A DNA stretch of 56,405 nt. It comes from a virus. Lineage: Duplodnaviria > Caudoviricetes. The notes beneath the pieces were generated by a model. The model did not search any database. It had not been told where the DNA came from and saw only the letters and a list, made by a program, of their open reading frames with translations. Positions 48,201 to 56,405 of the stretch are shown here, one piece after another. The DNA is taken from the IMG/VR virus record IMGVR_UViG_3300030333_005663, positions 1 through 56,405 of that record. One strand, written 5' to 3'. The first letter of the stretch is position 1, and each line of letters begins with the position of its first letter. The translations under genes and the position numbers were made by a program.

Positions 48201-51200
48201 ATCTATATTCTCACTTATTTCCTTAACTTCTTTTTCAGTAATATTAGTACGAACAGTTGAATCAAACTTTTCTGCAATATCCCCTAAAAATGAACGAATA
48301 CTTTTATCTGAAATTTCTAAACTTTGAAATCCTAATCTACTCATACCTGTTCTAGAAGCTTCTCTTCTTAAAGTCATTAGATAATCTCTTATAACAGGAG
48401 TCTTCATATCCTTCTTATAAACCCTTTTAATCAATCTATCGATTTTATCTAAATTACCTCTATTTAAAGAGCCTAGCATGAGAACATCAAAAGCCTCTTT
48501 TTCTAATTCAGTTAAATTTTCTTTAAATTCTCTGATTTGTTTGTCAATCTCGATTTGATCTATTTCTGTTGATGTCTTTTGGCCTAATTTCTTAGACTTA
48601 GGTTCAAATCCCCTAACCCATCCTAACTCTTTGACGGCAGCTTCATGTAGCTTTCTAATTTCAGCATCCGCAGCTAATTGTTGCAAACTTTCTGCAACAG
48701 GCAAGTCAGCCATATTCTTCCTAGCTTTAGCCATTAAAGCACTATTCTTCTTTAAATACTCTATCTTTTTGTGAATATTAGTTAGATTTGCTAATTGTTG
48801 CTCATTCATTCTCTCAGCTATATTAATAATTCTTTGTGCAGTAACTGCATCTGTAATATCATTAATAAAGAAATTATTAGACTCGTTATGAAGCCTCTTT
48901 ATTATATTCGCTCTATATTCTTTACCAGTGATATTATCTGCTCCTTTTTTATAAGCATCAGGTATGTCAAACATAGTTCCTTTGATAGCTTTTACGAATA
49001 CCTTATAGTCTTCAATTGCTAAATCTCTACCATCTTGAGTATTTAATTTATATTTTAAAACATTATCTATATGATTGTTTAATGGTACTCTAAATGTATT
49101 ACGACCTAATATTTTTTGAAGCCATTCATAGCCTTTAACAGAAACTTCAATATCATCATACATTTCTTTTAATTTATCTCTATCGGCTCTATTTATAAGG
49201 TTATCTTCCATGTATTTAGTAGCTGTGTTTAATAATCTACCCACTTTAGTTAATAAAGTATTATTTTGGCTAGCATCTAAATCCCAAACCCCTTTTGACT
49301 TTTCATGTATATCTGAAATAGACCATTTTCTCTGAGAGGTATGATCTCTTCCATAAAAAGCACTATTCATTTCTGCTAATTTACCATATGTTCCCCCTTT
49401 TAATTCCCACATAGAAAGTTTTTTCTCTTTAGCATCAGTAACTTTCTTCCATATATCGACACCTTTTACATTTCCTGCGTATTTCTGGACACTAACAGGC
49501 TTAAAATGAAGATGCCATAAAGCTTTAAACCAAGTCTCCCCACTCTTTAATCCATTTTCATCCATAGGGTCTGAACCTAATGCTACTTGTGCTCTCCCCA
49601 TTTCTCTTGCAGCTTGCTGGGCTTTGGGGTCTTTGCGAATACCTATAGTAACTTTGTACCTTTCCCACTTATCAGGTCCTGTTTTTCTTTGGAACTCATA
49701 TGTTTCCTTCCCATTATTAGCTGCTAAAGCTGAATAGAGAGAGGACATAATTTGTTTTTGTGTAACAGCTATACCTAGCATATTTCTGCCTTCTACTGTT
49801 CTTCTAGAAACCTCTACTCTATGTAGAGGATTATATTTGTATAATATGCTGCTTTCTAATTTATCTTGCTCGGGGGTTAATTGCTCTGCTAACACCTCAT
49901 TATACCTTTTACCTTTATTTACACCCCATTCTACTTTTTCAGTCTTATTATCCCCAACTATCCCTCTAAAATTCTTTTTTGCCTTAGCAGATAACGCATC
50001 ATACTCTTTCGGAGTAATCGTCTTCTTCCCATCGGTATATTTATAGAACTCCCTTTTATTATTGCCAAACGCCTCTTTCCACTCAGGTTTAAATCCTCCT
50101 TTACCACCCATAAAGAACCAAGCCTCATCTCCATCTAAATCAGCTCCACCTAAAGCTCTCATAGCCCTTGAATGCATTAATATTCCATGACCTTTTCTAC
50201 CTGTAAAACCAGCAAATTCTAGCTTATGAGCTCCAGATATAGAGTCCATAGGAACTCTCATTACAACTGAATTGAAGATTTCTTCTATTTGCTTTTTAAC
50301 AGCAGGGTCTTGCTTTTTGTGCATTTGAGTATAAGTATCATATAAAGTTTGCAAATCTACCCTACCTATACCCTTAATCCCTGTATTTATCATAACTTTT
50401 TTATAAGCATCATCTAAGAAGAATATCTTATCATTAGTGTTAAGTTCTTTTAACCTAGGGTTCACATTATCAGCATCTACCTGTAAGAACTTATCATAAG
50501 GTCTAATCCTTGCTACTCCTGAATTGACTATTTTAGGTTTAGCTGTTTGATCTACAACATAATTACGAATAGCTTGCATTCTATAATGAGTAACAAATTT
50601 ATGTAAAAATGCTGATATAGCACTCACATCTTTTCCTCTGCTTCTTTGAGCAGCTGTCCATTCTCTACTTCTTTGCAACATTCTATCAGCTATAGATGTA
50701 AATTCATTTATCTCTTGCTTAGCTGCATGATATTCTGAATCTTTTATTTCGCCTGATGCTAGTTGCTCTTGCAATCCCTTAGCATTAAGTTTTAAGATTT
50801 GCTCCCAAGCTATCTCTGTAAAATGATGATTATTAGGCATTCTCATAGCTTTTAATAATTGAACTATCCCAATATCATCCATATTTTTTCTTAATTCTTC
50901 TAAGCTTTTACTCGCTTCTTGCTTACTATAATCTTTCGAAGATATTAAATCAATATGTGATTGAAGCATTTTATTAGCTGCATCTGTCCCTAAAAACCTT
51001 CTTTCTATAACATTATCAAAAAAGTCATTAATAGTATCTTGTTTTATGTTCCACATTGCATGATTAACTAGCGAGCCCATTAATTGCTTAGGGATACGTT
51101 GAGGCTCTAACATATGATTATTTTGCTTAGTAGACATATTATACTTAATATGTTCAGGGCTTAAATCATTATAAATAACATCATAATCTCTTTCACCTCG

Positions 51201-54200
51201 CTGCTTAGCTGCAGAATCATATATTTTAAAATGTAAATTATCTTGCTGCATCATCTTTGTTTGCTTAGAACCAGCAGCATGCATCATATATTTTCCTAGC
51301 ATAGCTCCATGTTTAGCATTTGGGCTAACTATGAAAGATTTGTTTTGACCAGAATCTGGCATCCCAGCATCCGCATTAATAGCATCAATCACATCATCTC
51401 TAACGATAATAATACCATCAACATGTTCAGGTAGCTCTTTGTTTTTCAAGTCAGTAAATCTATTGTCTTTTTTACTTAAATAACGGTCATCTACCAGTCT
51501 ATACCTAAAGTTGCCATTATCTAGGTCACTTACCCCACCTTTCATTTCTTTTAGATACTTAGTGATAAAAACACCATCACCTGGATATGAATTATTCCAC
51601 CATATTTGTGCTCTTTTATTAAAACCTAAAGCATTGGGAATATATCCCTCTTGGTTTACCTTATTTTTTAATTCTTTGAAGCTTTTATTGACATTACTTC
51701 TATCAATTTTAAAACCATTCATTTCTATGTCATAAAGAATATTAGAAGTCACACCTTTTTTTAGCGTTTTAATATCTACTCCAAACTCCTTCGCTGATTT
51801 ATCATAATCACCTTTAAACAAATCAGCTGTATTTACTTTATCTGTTAAGGGATGGTATCGAACAAAGAAAACTTGGTCTTTATCTGCTTTACCTCCAAAC
51901 GCATGATATCCTTCTCTGTGCATTTGACTTATAACTTTACCCATCCATTTTTTATATTCAGCTACAGCTTGTTTTGGATTAGAACCACTAGCCATCTCTC
52001 TTCTTATGTCAGATAAGCTTTTATCTTGATATCCTCTGCCTTTTACAAATTCAGTAACAACATCTAATACAGCGTAAGCTTCGCCTTTGCCTCCTGCATC
52101 CCTAAATACAGTTTCTAATATCTTTTCTGGTTCTCTTCTTTGCCTAGAATTTCCAGCCTTTGTAATAGGATTATCTATGTCTAGGAAAGATATTTTTCCA
52201 AATGGATCTACGGAAACAGCTCTAACTGGTTTGTCGAGGTTTCGTCTAGTCATCCATTGGCGCATTTCTAATCTAGCTTCTTTACCTAAAGTTATCTTAG
52301 AACCATATTTCTCTTGTAACCAGCCTTCTAATTTATTCGCCCATTCTGCCGACCTATTTTCAGTCGAGCCAGGATTAAGATAATCTTTCAATAAACTTTC
52401 TATTTTTTGGGAAATTTTATACTTTTCAACTGTTTGAGCAGGAACATCTGGAGCATTTTTCCATACTTTAGATAAGTGAGTGTCTGTAAAGTAATAAGAG
52501 GTCTTACCTATAGTAACATCGTCAACCATACCAATATCAGTATCAGAATCTTTCTGCTCGTTTAATTCTGTAGAATCGGTTTCCTTGCTATCAGTAGCTT
52601 GTCTGATTGACAACTCTTCATCCTCTAACCTTTGTCGTTCTTCTTCTAGACGCTCCCTTTTCCTCGCTGATGTATTAGGTCTCTCCAGCTCTTCAGCGAT
52701 TTCAATTTGTCGTTCTAAAATTTGATTTACTCTATGCTCATCTTCTGGAGTAAGGTTTTTATCTACTTCTGATTTAGCTTTTTTTACATTCTTAAAATGT
52801 GTTTCAAAAAAGGAAGAAGCCTCTTTGAGTCCTGGCTTAGTAATAGTATCCCATTCACCAATCATCGCCAATCTTCTAGGAGGTTTAGGGGGTTTTTTGA
52901 CATTTACAAACTTATTTACAGTCGGCTCATATGAATACCATTTACTTCTTTTTAAATCGAAGACATGCACAGGCTTTTTATTGTTAATAGCCATTTGAGC
53001 CGCCCATCCTGGCCCTTTATTAACTCTAGTATTATCTCCCTTTAAAGTACCAAAGATATATACTGAATCTGAACCTTTAACTTGATGCCAATTCCTTCTT
53101 GCTTGATTCACTTCAAAGTTAGAAAGGTCTCCTACTTTAGCATCTAATTTACTTTCAGCTTTAGCAAGCTCTCTATTAGATTCTTGTAATTGTTTTTCAG
53201 TTAATGGAATTTCTGCACCATGCATATCTGAAGGCTTGGAGCCTTTCTTTGTAACATAGTGAAAAAGAGGAATATTATACTGGTTCGCTAAAGCTGCAAT
53301 AGCTTTTTCCATGCCTCTACTTCCACCAGAAACAATATAATGTTTATATTTCTGAAGAGTATCTTTGCTTATCTTGAGCTGACGTTCACCTTCTACATAC
53401 TTCTGGGTTATCTCTACTCCTTCATCGGTGATAATAGGCTTTTCTTTTATCCTATGCCCTTGACCTGCTTGAACAGCAAACAATTCTGCTATAGCTAATC
53501 TTTCAGCAGGGTCTCCCCACAGCCTCTTGGCCTCTTTCTTAACTAAAGGCTTTACCTCAGGGGGTAAACTCTTCCATTCAGGCAACATTTCTGGATCCAT
53601 AGCTACAGATAGCTTAGGATTTTTTGCTGCCTCTTTGCGCATTTTTACTATATATTTTTGCTGCTTAGCTATTGTCCATGGGGTCTCTTTTGCTCCAAAG
53701 TAAGCCCCAAGTAAATATTCATATATTTGCTCAGGAGTAGTCGCTCCTCTCATTGTAGCAGGTAATCCTTGGAATAAAGATCCTGCCATACTTCCTATCA
53801 CCTTCTGACCTGCGCTTGGATTAGCGCTTTTTAAATTTCCTATAACTCTAAAAATACCACCAGCTTGAGCTCCACCCATAAAAGCATGCATCATCTGGTC
53901 TACTCCACCTTGCCAAGATGATACTGAAGAAGCAACACCTAAATGAAAAGCTCCTTCCATAATATGCCTAGCTCTATCTCCTGCTATAAAATTAGATACA
54001 GTCCCAGCAGCACCTGCTCTACCAGCTAGTGCCTTACCGAAAATAGGTTTAGCTATATCTTTAGCTTTTTTAGTTGCTATTTTAGCTATAGCCATAGGAA
54101 CTGATTTGTCATTCAAGGACTGAAACATTTTAGCAGCACCTTTTAAACCTAAAATCTTACTTGGCCCAGCTAATATACCAGGAGCAAATCCAGCTAAATG

Positions 54201-54500
54201 CCCCATATTACGTATAATAGCCTCGTATTCATTGTCAGGCTGGTCTGCTATATTTAAGGTCGTAAAACCCTCTACAAAACCCCCTATAGCTTGCCAAATA
54301 GCCTCGTCTACATTAAACTCTCCATCGTAATATGGTATTTGATAATAATGAGCATGCTGCTCAAGGTTTGCTTTTTGTTCTTCAGTGAATTGAAAAGGGT
54401 TCTTTTTGAGGTAGTCTAAAGCAGACCTAGTTTGATGTTGGTCCATTTTGGGTTGAAAATCAGGAACAGATTCTCCCTGTTGTTCCATAGGATATGCCAC
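45204..54500 (-). CDS. Giant virion-associated two-barrel RNA polymerase (single chain)
   Basis: 3098 aa; catalytic GGADLDGD (D1454-D1458, nt 50127-50141) preceded by MRVP; upstream HVDGIII and QNKSFI..LGKY motifs; SLOG-like insert; sits among ejection proteins. Confidence 0.8.
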   Translation of the reverse strand: MAYPMEQQGESVPDFQPKMDQHQTRSALDYLKKNPFQFTEEQKANLEQHAHYYQIPYYDGEFNVDEAIWQAIGGFVEGFTTLNIADQPDNEYEAIIRNMGHLAGFAPGILAGPSKILGLKGAAKMFQSLNDKSVPMAIAKIATKKAKDIAKPIFGKALAGRAGAAGTVSNFIAGDRARHIMEGAFHLGVASSVSSWQGGVDQMMHAFMGGAQAGGIFRVIGNLKSANPSAGQKVIGSMAGSLFQGLPATMRGATTPEQIYEYLLGAYFGAKETPWTIAKQQKYIVKMRKEAAKNPKLSVAMDPEMLPEWKSLPPEVKPLVKKEAKRLWGDPAERLAIAELFAVQAGQGHRIKEKPIITDEGVEITQKYVEGERQLKISKDTLQKYKHYIVSGGSRGMEKAIAALANQYNIPLFHYVTKKGSKPSDMHGAEIPLTEKQLQESNRELAKAESKLDAKVGDLSNFEVNQARRNWHQVKGSDSVYIFGTLKGDNTRVNKGPGWAAQMAINNKKPVHVFDLKRSKWYSYEPTVNKFVNVKKPPKPPRRLAMIGEWDTITKPGLKEASSFFETHFKNVKKAKSEVDKNLTPEDEHRVNQILERQIEIAEELERPNTSARKRERLEEERQRLEDEELSIRQATDSKETDSTELNEQKDSDTDIGMVDDVTIGKTSYYFTDTHLSKVWKNAPDVPAQTVEKYKISQKIESLLKDYLNPGSTENRSAEWANKLEGWLQEKYGSKITLGKEARLEMRQWMTRRNLDKPVRAVSVDPFGKISFLDIDNPITKAGNSRQRREPEKILETVFRDAGGKGEAYAVLDVVTEFVKGRGYQDKSLSDIRREMASGSNPKQAVAEYKKWMGKVISQMHREGYHAFGGKADKDQVFFVRYHPLTDKVNTADLFKGDYDKSAKEFGVDIKTLKKGVTSNILYDIEMNGFKIDRSNVNKSFKELKNKVNQEGYIPNALGFNKRAQIWWNNSYPGDGVFITKYLKEMKGGVSDLDNGNFRYRLVDDRYLSKKDNRFTDLKNKELPEHVDGIIIVRDDVIDAINADAGMPDSGQNKSFIVSPNAKHGAMLGKYMMHAAGSKQTKMMQQDNLHFKIYDSAAKQRGERDYDVIYNDLSPEHIKYNMSTKQNNHMLEPQRIPKQLMGSLVNHAMWNIKQDTINDFFDNVIERRFLGTDAANKMLQSHIDLISSKDYSKQEASKSLEELRKNMDDIGIVQLLKAMRMPNNHHFTEIAWEQILKLNAKGLQEQLASGEIKDSEYHAAKQEINEFTSIADRMLQRSREWTAAQRSRGKDVSAISAFLHKFVTHYRMQAIRNYVVDQTAKPKIVNSGVARIRPYDKFLQVDADNVNPRLKELNTNDKIFFLDDAYKKVMINTGIKGIGRVDLQTLYDTYTQMHKKQDPAVKKQIEEIFNSVVMRVPMDSISGAHKLEFAGFTGRKGHGILMHSRAMRALGGADLDGDEAWFFMGGKGGFKPEWKEAFGNNKREFYKYTDGKKTITPKEYDALSAKAKKNFRGIVGDNKTEKVEWGVNKGKRYNEVLAEQLTPEQDKLESSILYKYNPLHRVEVSRRTVEGRNMLGIAVTQKQIMSSLYSALAANNGKETYEFQRKTGPDKWERYKVTIGIRKDPKAQQAAREMGRAQVALGSDPMDENGLKSGETWFKALWHLHFKPVSVQKYAGNVKGVDIWKKVTDAKEKKLSMWELKGGTYGKLAEMNSAFYGRDHTSQRKWSISDIHEKSKGVWDLDASQNNTLLTKVGRLLNTATKYMEDNLINRADRDKLKEMYDDIEVSVKGYEWLQKILGRNTFRVPLNNHIDNVLKYKLNTQDGRDLAIEDYKVFVKAIKGTMFDIPDAYKKGADNITGKEYRANIIKRLHNESNNFFINDITDAVTAQRIINIAERMNEQQLANLTNIHKKIEYLKKNSALMAKARKNMADLPVAESLQQLAADAEIRKLHEAAVKELGWVRGFEPKSKKLGQKTSTEIDQIEIDKQIREFKENLTELEKEAFDVLMLGSLNRGNLDKIDRLIKRVYKKDMKTPVIRDYLMTLRREASRTGMSRLGFQSLEISDKSIRSFLGDIAEKFDSTVRTNITEKEVKEISENIDKDPTLEFDGNREVQTLVEKAYEGTGYEGLKKGPVDAEMKKVILETADMLKVYDPKVRNSISELTRGLFGKELNAMNKEDFRIFRDWLRDTQTGTIWQRLFDKKGKLRLSKRHWYLFPRTISREQMKEDMQLLYEKGWFSTVDGKLVQGDIARPSSYIDIVQSWIGRMNNSAVHEGDQKIQDLQKRLLFVNSIEDGEALREIAVRQREKGYAENVLANNDKIDPARKHAQISDYITEYNNATKKYNWEELKKKEYTVDFGEGRVKVTGQELVKKINAEYTQTAKEMHEMIRGEEGVMKPYIKGYYDKQKLYPKLDYKKFIVDLQDAWKRGEDVSSKYGIDNLRMIAREMMGEMVGDPDIVKGFRLSMLESTGKIPFEYYWPHMHFNKKKASEYLEKTAKNLLNDPTLTKEDKIEQVTKLMYKNKSLTGDWEFGDIMEWQSFDRIMADIGKKKKVKPDKIKHFNADERAGAMFSRNTHVAGHSVDASVPESYIRSLTNTYYRQLSQIFSREIINQMGKNMLPKYGERQTQAWSNFMKLYVQGAMGSPDIIPTDVLKNRDMKLQGTLYARWADDRVLNRVNKIASKLGLLKKGKHLPKELRQFDLNQLRHWSNLEAQFEMASLLVHPKSVTGNIFGGTTHTIQSVGWRNWRNSFNYEYLSQINPEWTNAEAVDRFVVSSGIYPERMLYEFGLTKAGAIERNKQFIADVAKKMTRDPEMKEDTLLSISKKYGVTQKVQNWAAKWMSIPERKIRRDAFMAHYVHWWNKFGGGIKRYDDPMLLELARKGVKATQFLYSAPYRPAFSRTALGKVMTRFQTWSWNAVSFRNDVRRQARIYGYRPGTDEFNRFARQTQIDMFVFALGNIFAYSLFDTAMPAPYNWFEDTAQWLFGDEDERDKAFFGTYKGPLAPLQAITPPIARIPNSVIRSIVDDDYTRLSQYYVYTMFPFGRLLRDFSPLNEGNVIENPLNAIMRWTGMPLLQLQKAVSKNKKEPKEKPYPKGLL

Positions 54501-54501
54501 T

Positions 54502-55749
54502 TTACTCCTCTTCGGATAGAATTTGCATTATATCATATAAATCTTTAACTGTCCAAGCCGCCATTAGTCCTGTAAGTAGACCGCCAGAAAGAGCAGTTGC
54601 TCCACCACCAATTACAAGCTTTCCTAATAGCCTTAGAGCTTTGCTATAACCTACCTTTTTTACTGTTTTTTTCCAAAGGAATTTTTTGCCTTTTTTCTTT
54701 AAAGCTTTACTAAAAGCATCTGCTGTTAATTTAGCTCCTATTGCAGCAGAGGCTGATTTTTGTGCTACTTCTCCAACAGTCTCATCATCAGAAATAGCTC
54801 CAGCAGCCTGTCCTATCATCATTGGACCTACCATATAAGCTCCTACTCGAGTTCCAACACCTAATTTACCTTTCATCCACTTAGAGTCCTTGAAAGATTG
54901 ATAACGTGTTTTCTGCGCAGCTCTATGAGTTTGACCTGCAGAGCCTATTTTCTTAACATGTTTTGCAAGTTCTTCTTGAGATTTTTTCAATTGACTCTGA
55001 GCAGTAGCCATTTTCTTTTTCCATACTTTGTTTTGAGCAGGTATTCCTTTTCTAATCTTTTCATTTTGCAAAGCAGCTATTTTAGCCTTTGATTCAGCTA
55101 CTAGCTCTCTAGAAGCTCTAATATCTCCTCTAACTCCTTTGATGGTACTTTTATAAGCTGCTCTTGCCGCATCCTTTGTTTCTTGAGGAACCGAACCTAA
55201 ATAATTAGCACCAGCTCCAAGAGCCACACCAGTTCCAACTGTAGCAGCTGAATAGTATCCAGGTGAAGCAGCTATCTTTTCGCTTAATGTAGGCCCTGGC
55301 AAAAATTGATGTAATTGTGCTGCTAATTCTGGATTAGTTGCAGACATATTAATAAGTTTACTATGAAAGCCTTTATTTTTTCTAGCTAAATTCTGTATAT
55401 CTTTAGCAGTTGCTCCAGCATTTGTAGCATAAGATAAGTCTTGTAATGTTTGCTGGTCCCTTAATTGCTGTACTTGCTTGTAACCTTCTTGAAAGGCCAT
55501 ATAATCTGGCTTAATGAATTGCTGTTGAGCTTGAGTTCTATATACATTCCAAGCTTCATCTAAACTAGGGAATCTGTCCGATACTGGGTCAAAACTAAGG
55601 TCTCCACCTACTGTTGAATGAAATCCTGATGATTCTGCCCTCTCAATCAACGAGGCGAAAAAAGATCTATTGAATTTCTGAGCTCTCATTTGAGAGATAT
55701 CATGCATTTCACTGCCTGGTCTATAAAGCTCTTCCATTGATAATGCCAT
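54502..55749 (-). CDS. Putative ejection / membrane-channel internal virion protein
   Basis: 415 aa; several Gly/Ala hydrophobic helices (ATVGTGVALGAGA, LVIGGGATALSGGLLTGLMAAW) separated by basic coiled coils. Confidence 0.55.
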   Translation of the reverse strand: MALSMEELYRPGSEMHDISQMRAQKFNRSFFASLIERAESSGFHSTVGGDLSFDPVSDRFPSLDEAWNVYRTQAQQQFIKPDYMAFQEGYKQVQQLRDQQTLQDLSYATNAGATAKDIQNLARKNKGFHSKLINMSATNPELAAQLHQFLPGPTLSEKIAASPGYYSAATVGTGVALGAGANYLGSVPQETKDAARAAYKSTIKGVRGDIRASRELVAESKAKIAALQNEKIRKGIPAQNKVWKKKMATAQSQLKKSQEELAKHVKKIGSAGQTHRAAQKTRYQSFKDSKWMKGKLGVGTRVGAYMVGPMMIGQAAGAISDDETVGEVAQKSASAAIGAKLTADAFSKALKKKGKKFLWKKTVKKVGYSKALRLLGKLVIGGGATALSGGLLTGLMAAWTVKDLYDIMQILSEEE

Positions 55750-56306
55750 TATATTTTCCTCCTTGGTGTTGAAACTTCCCTAACGTCATACGGAGTATAA
55801 TCCACCTTTCCCTTTGTTGGCTTCGATTTGTCTTTTGCCTTTTCTAATATTTCATCACTTTTTTTAACTTTTTTCTTAGTGTTATCGCTTTTATCCTTAA
55901 CTTTCTGCGTAGGATTTAAAGACTCTAAAGAAGGAGCAAATTCATTGTGAGATATAGTTCCTTCCATAATACCTATAGCCGTTACAAGTGCTTGTTGGTT
56001 TAATTCACTGATAGGTGTATCAGCAGGAACTCCAAGCCTACTTGTTATAAGCTGGATATATTCATCTTGATTGTCTTCGCTATATCCACCAGTACCATCT
56101 TCACCTTTTATGAATGTTTCTATTGTGTCACCCCTGTCAGCGTCTAAAGATACCTGTCTATATAAAGCTCTCCATCCATCTTCCATTGTAGGAAATTTAG
56201 CAAACCCATTACTATTAATAGCTCCGTTTTGACCAGCAAATTTTAAATTACCAGGGTTGTTATTTTTATTGCCTAGAGTATCTTGCTCCGCCACTGTATG
56301 TAATAA
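55749..56306 (-). CDS. 3' part of the origin-spanning virion protein, with a lysozyme-like NNPGNL domain
   Basis: NNNPGNLKF...FAKFPTMEDGWRAL...TIETFI...Y...AIGIMEG motif of phage virion lysozyme-like domains. Confidence 0.7.
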   Translation of the reverse strand, partial: LLHTVAEQDTLGNKNNNPGNLKFAGQNGAINSNGFAKFPTMEDGWRALYRQVSLDADRGDTIETFIKGEDGTGGYSEDNQDEYIQLITSRLGVPADTPISELNQQALVTAIGIMEGTISHNEFAPSLESLNPTQKVKDKSDNTKKKVKKSDEILEKAKDKSKPTKGKVDYTPYDVREVSTPRRKI

Positions 56307-56404
56307 GCTGTCTTCACTAGTAAATGACCCATCTTCCATCAGAGGTCCGTGAAGTTCTGGTTCATCATCAGGCAACACTCGATTTTGGTCATATGTAGGG
56401 TTTT
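56307..56404. repeat. Terminal direct repeat / circular assembly overlap (copy 2)
   Basis: Identical to 1-98; the final base 56405 (T) mismatches base 99 (C). Confidence 0.95.
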
Positions 56405-56405
56405 T

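Noticed and set aside
46825-55092. Plus-strand ORFs inside the vRNAP and ejection genes
   Set aside because: Antisense shadows of a continuous minus-strand coding region
55749-56378. 209-aa ORF as a stand-alone gene
   Set aside because: Its start lies in the terminal overlap; it is the C-terminus of the gene starting at 2301

Overview
The window is a complete, circularly permuted tailed-phage genome. Bases 1-98 recur at 56307-56404, giving a unit length of about 56,306 bp. It is AT-rich, uses the standard genetic code, and has strong GGAG(G) Shine-Dalgarno sites. There are two divergent arms. The minus-strand late arm (~44 kb; 31735 down through 1 and, across the join, 56306 to 43651) encodes an M15 endolysin, terminase, P22-like portal, scaffold, major capsid, head/neck proteins, tail fibres, a 2403-aa nozzle-like protein and podovirus-type ejection proteins. 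One of these is a 3098-aa two-barrel virion RNA polymerase (GADLDGD). The plus-strand early/replication arm (~11.5 kb, 32046-43589) encodes a Sak4-like ATPase, a primase-helicase, and HNH and PD-(D/E)XK nucleases. The standout is a four-gene, phage-encoded ubiquitin-like conjugation operon at 33853-37545: a Ubl ending in Gly-Gly, a putative E2-like protein, a JAB/MPN+ isopeptidase and a ThiF/E1 enzyme, with structured-RNA elements flanking the Ubl gene. I saw no tRNA, CRISPR array, integrase or canonical DNA polymerase. All calls come from reading motifs by eye; no database searches were run.
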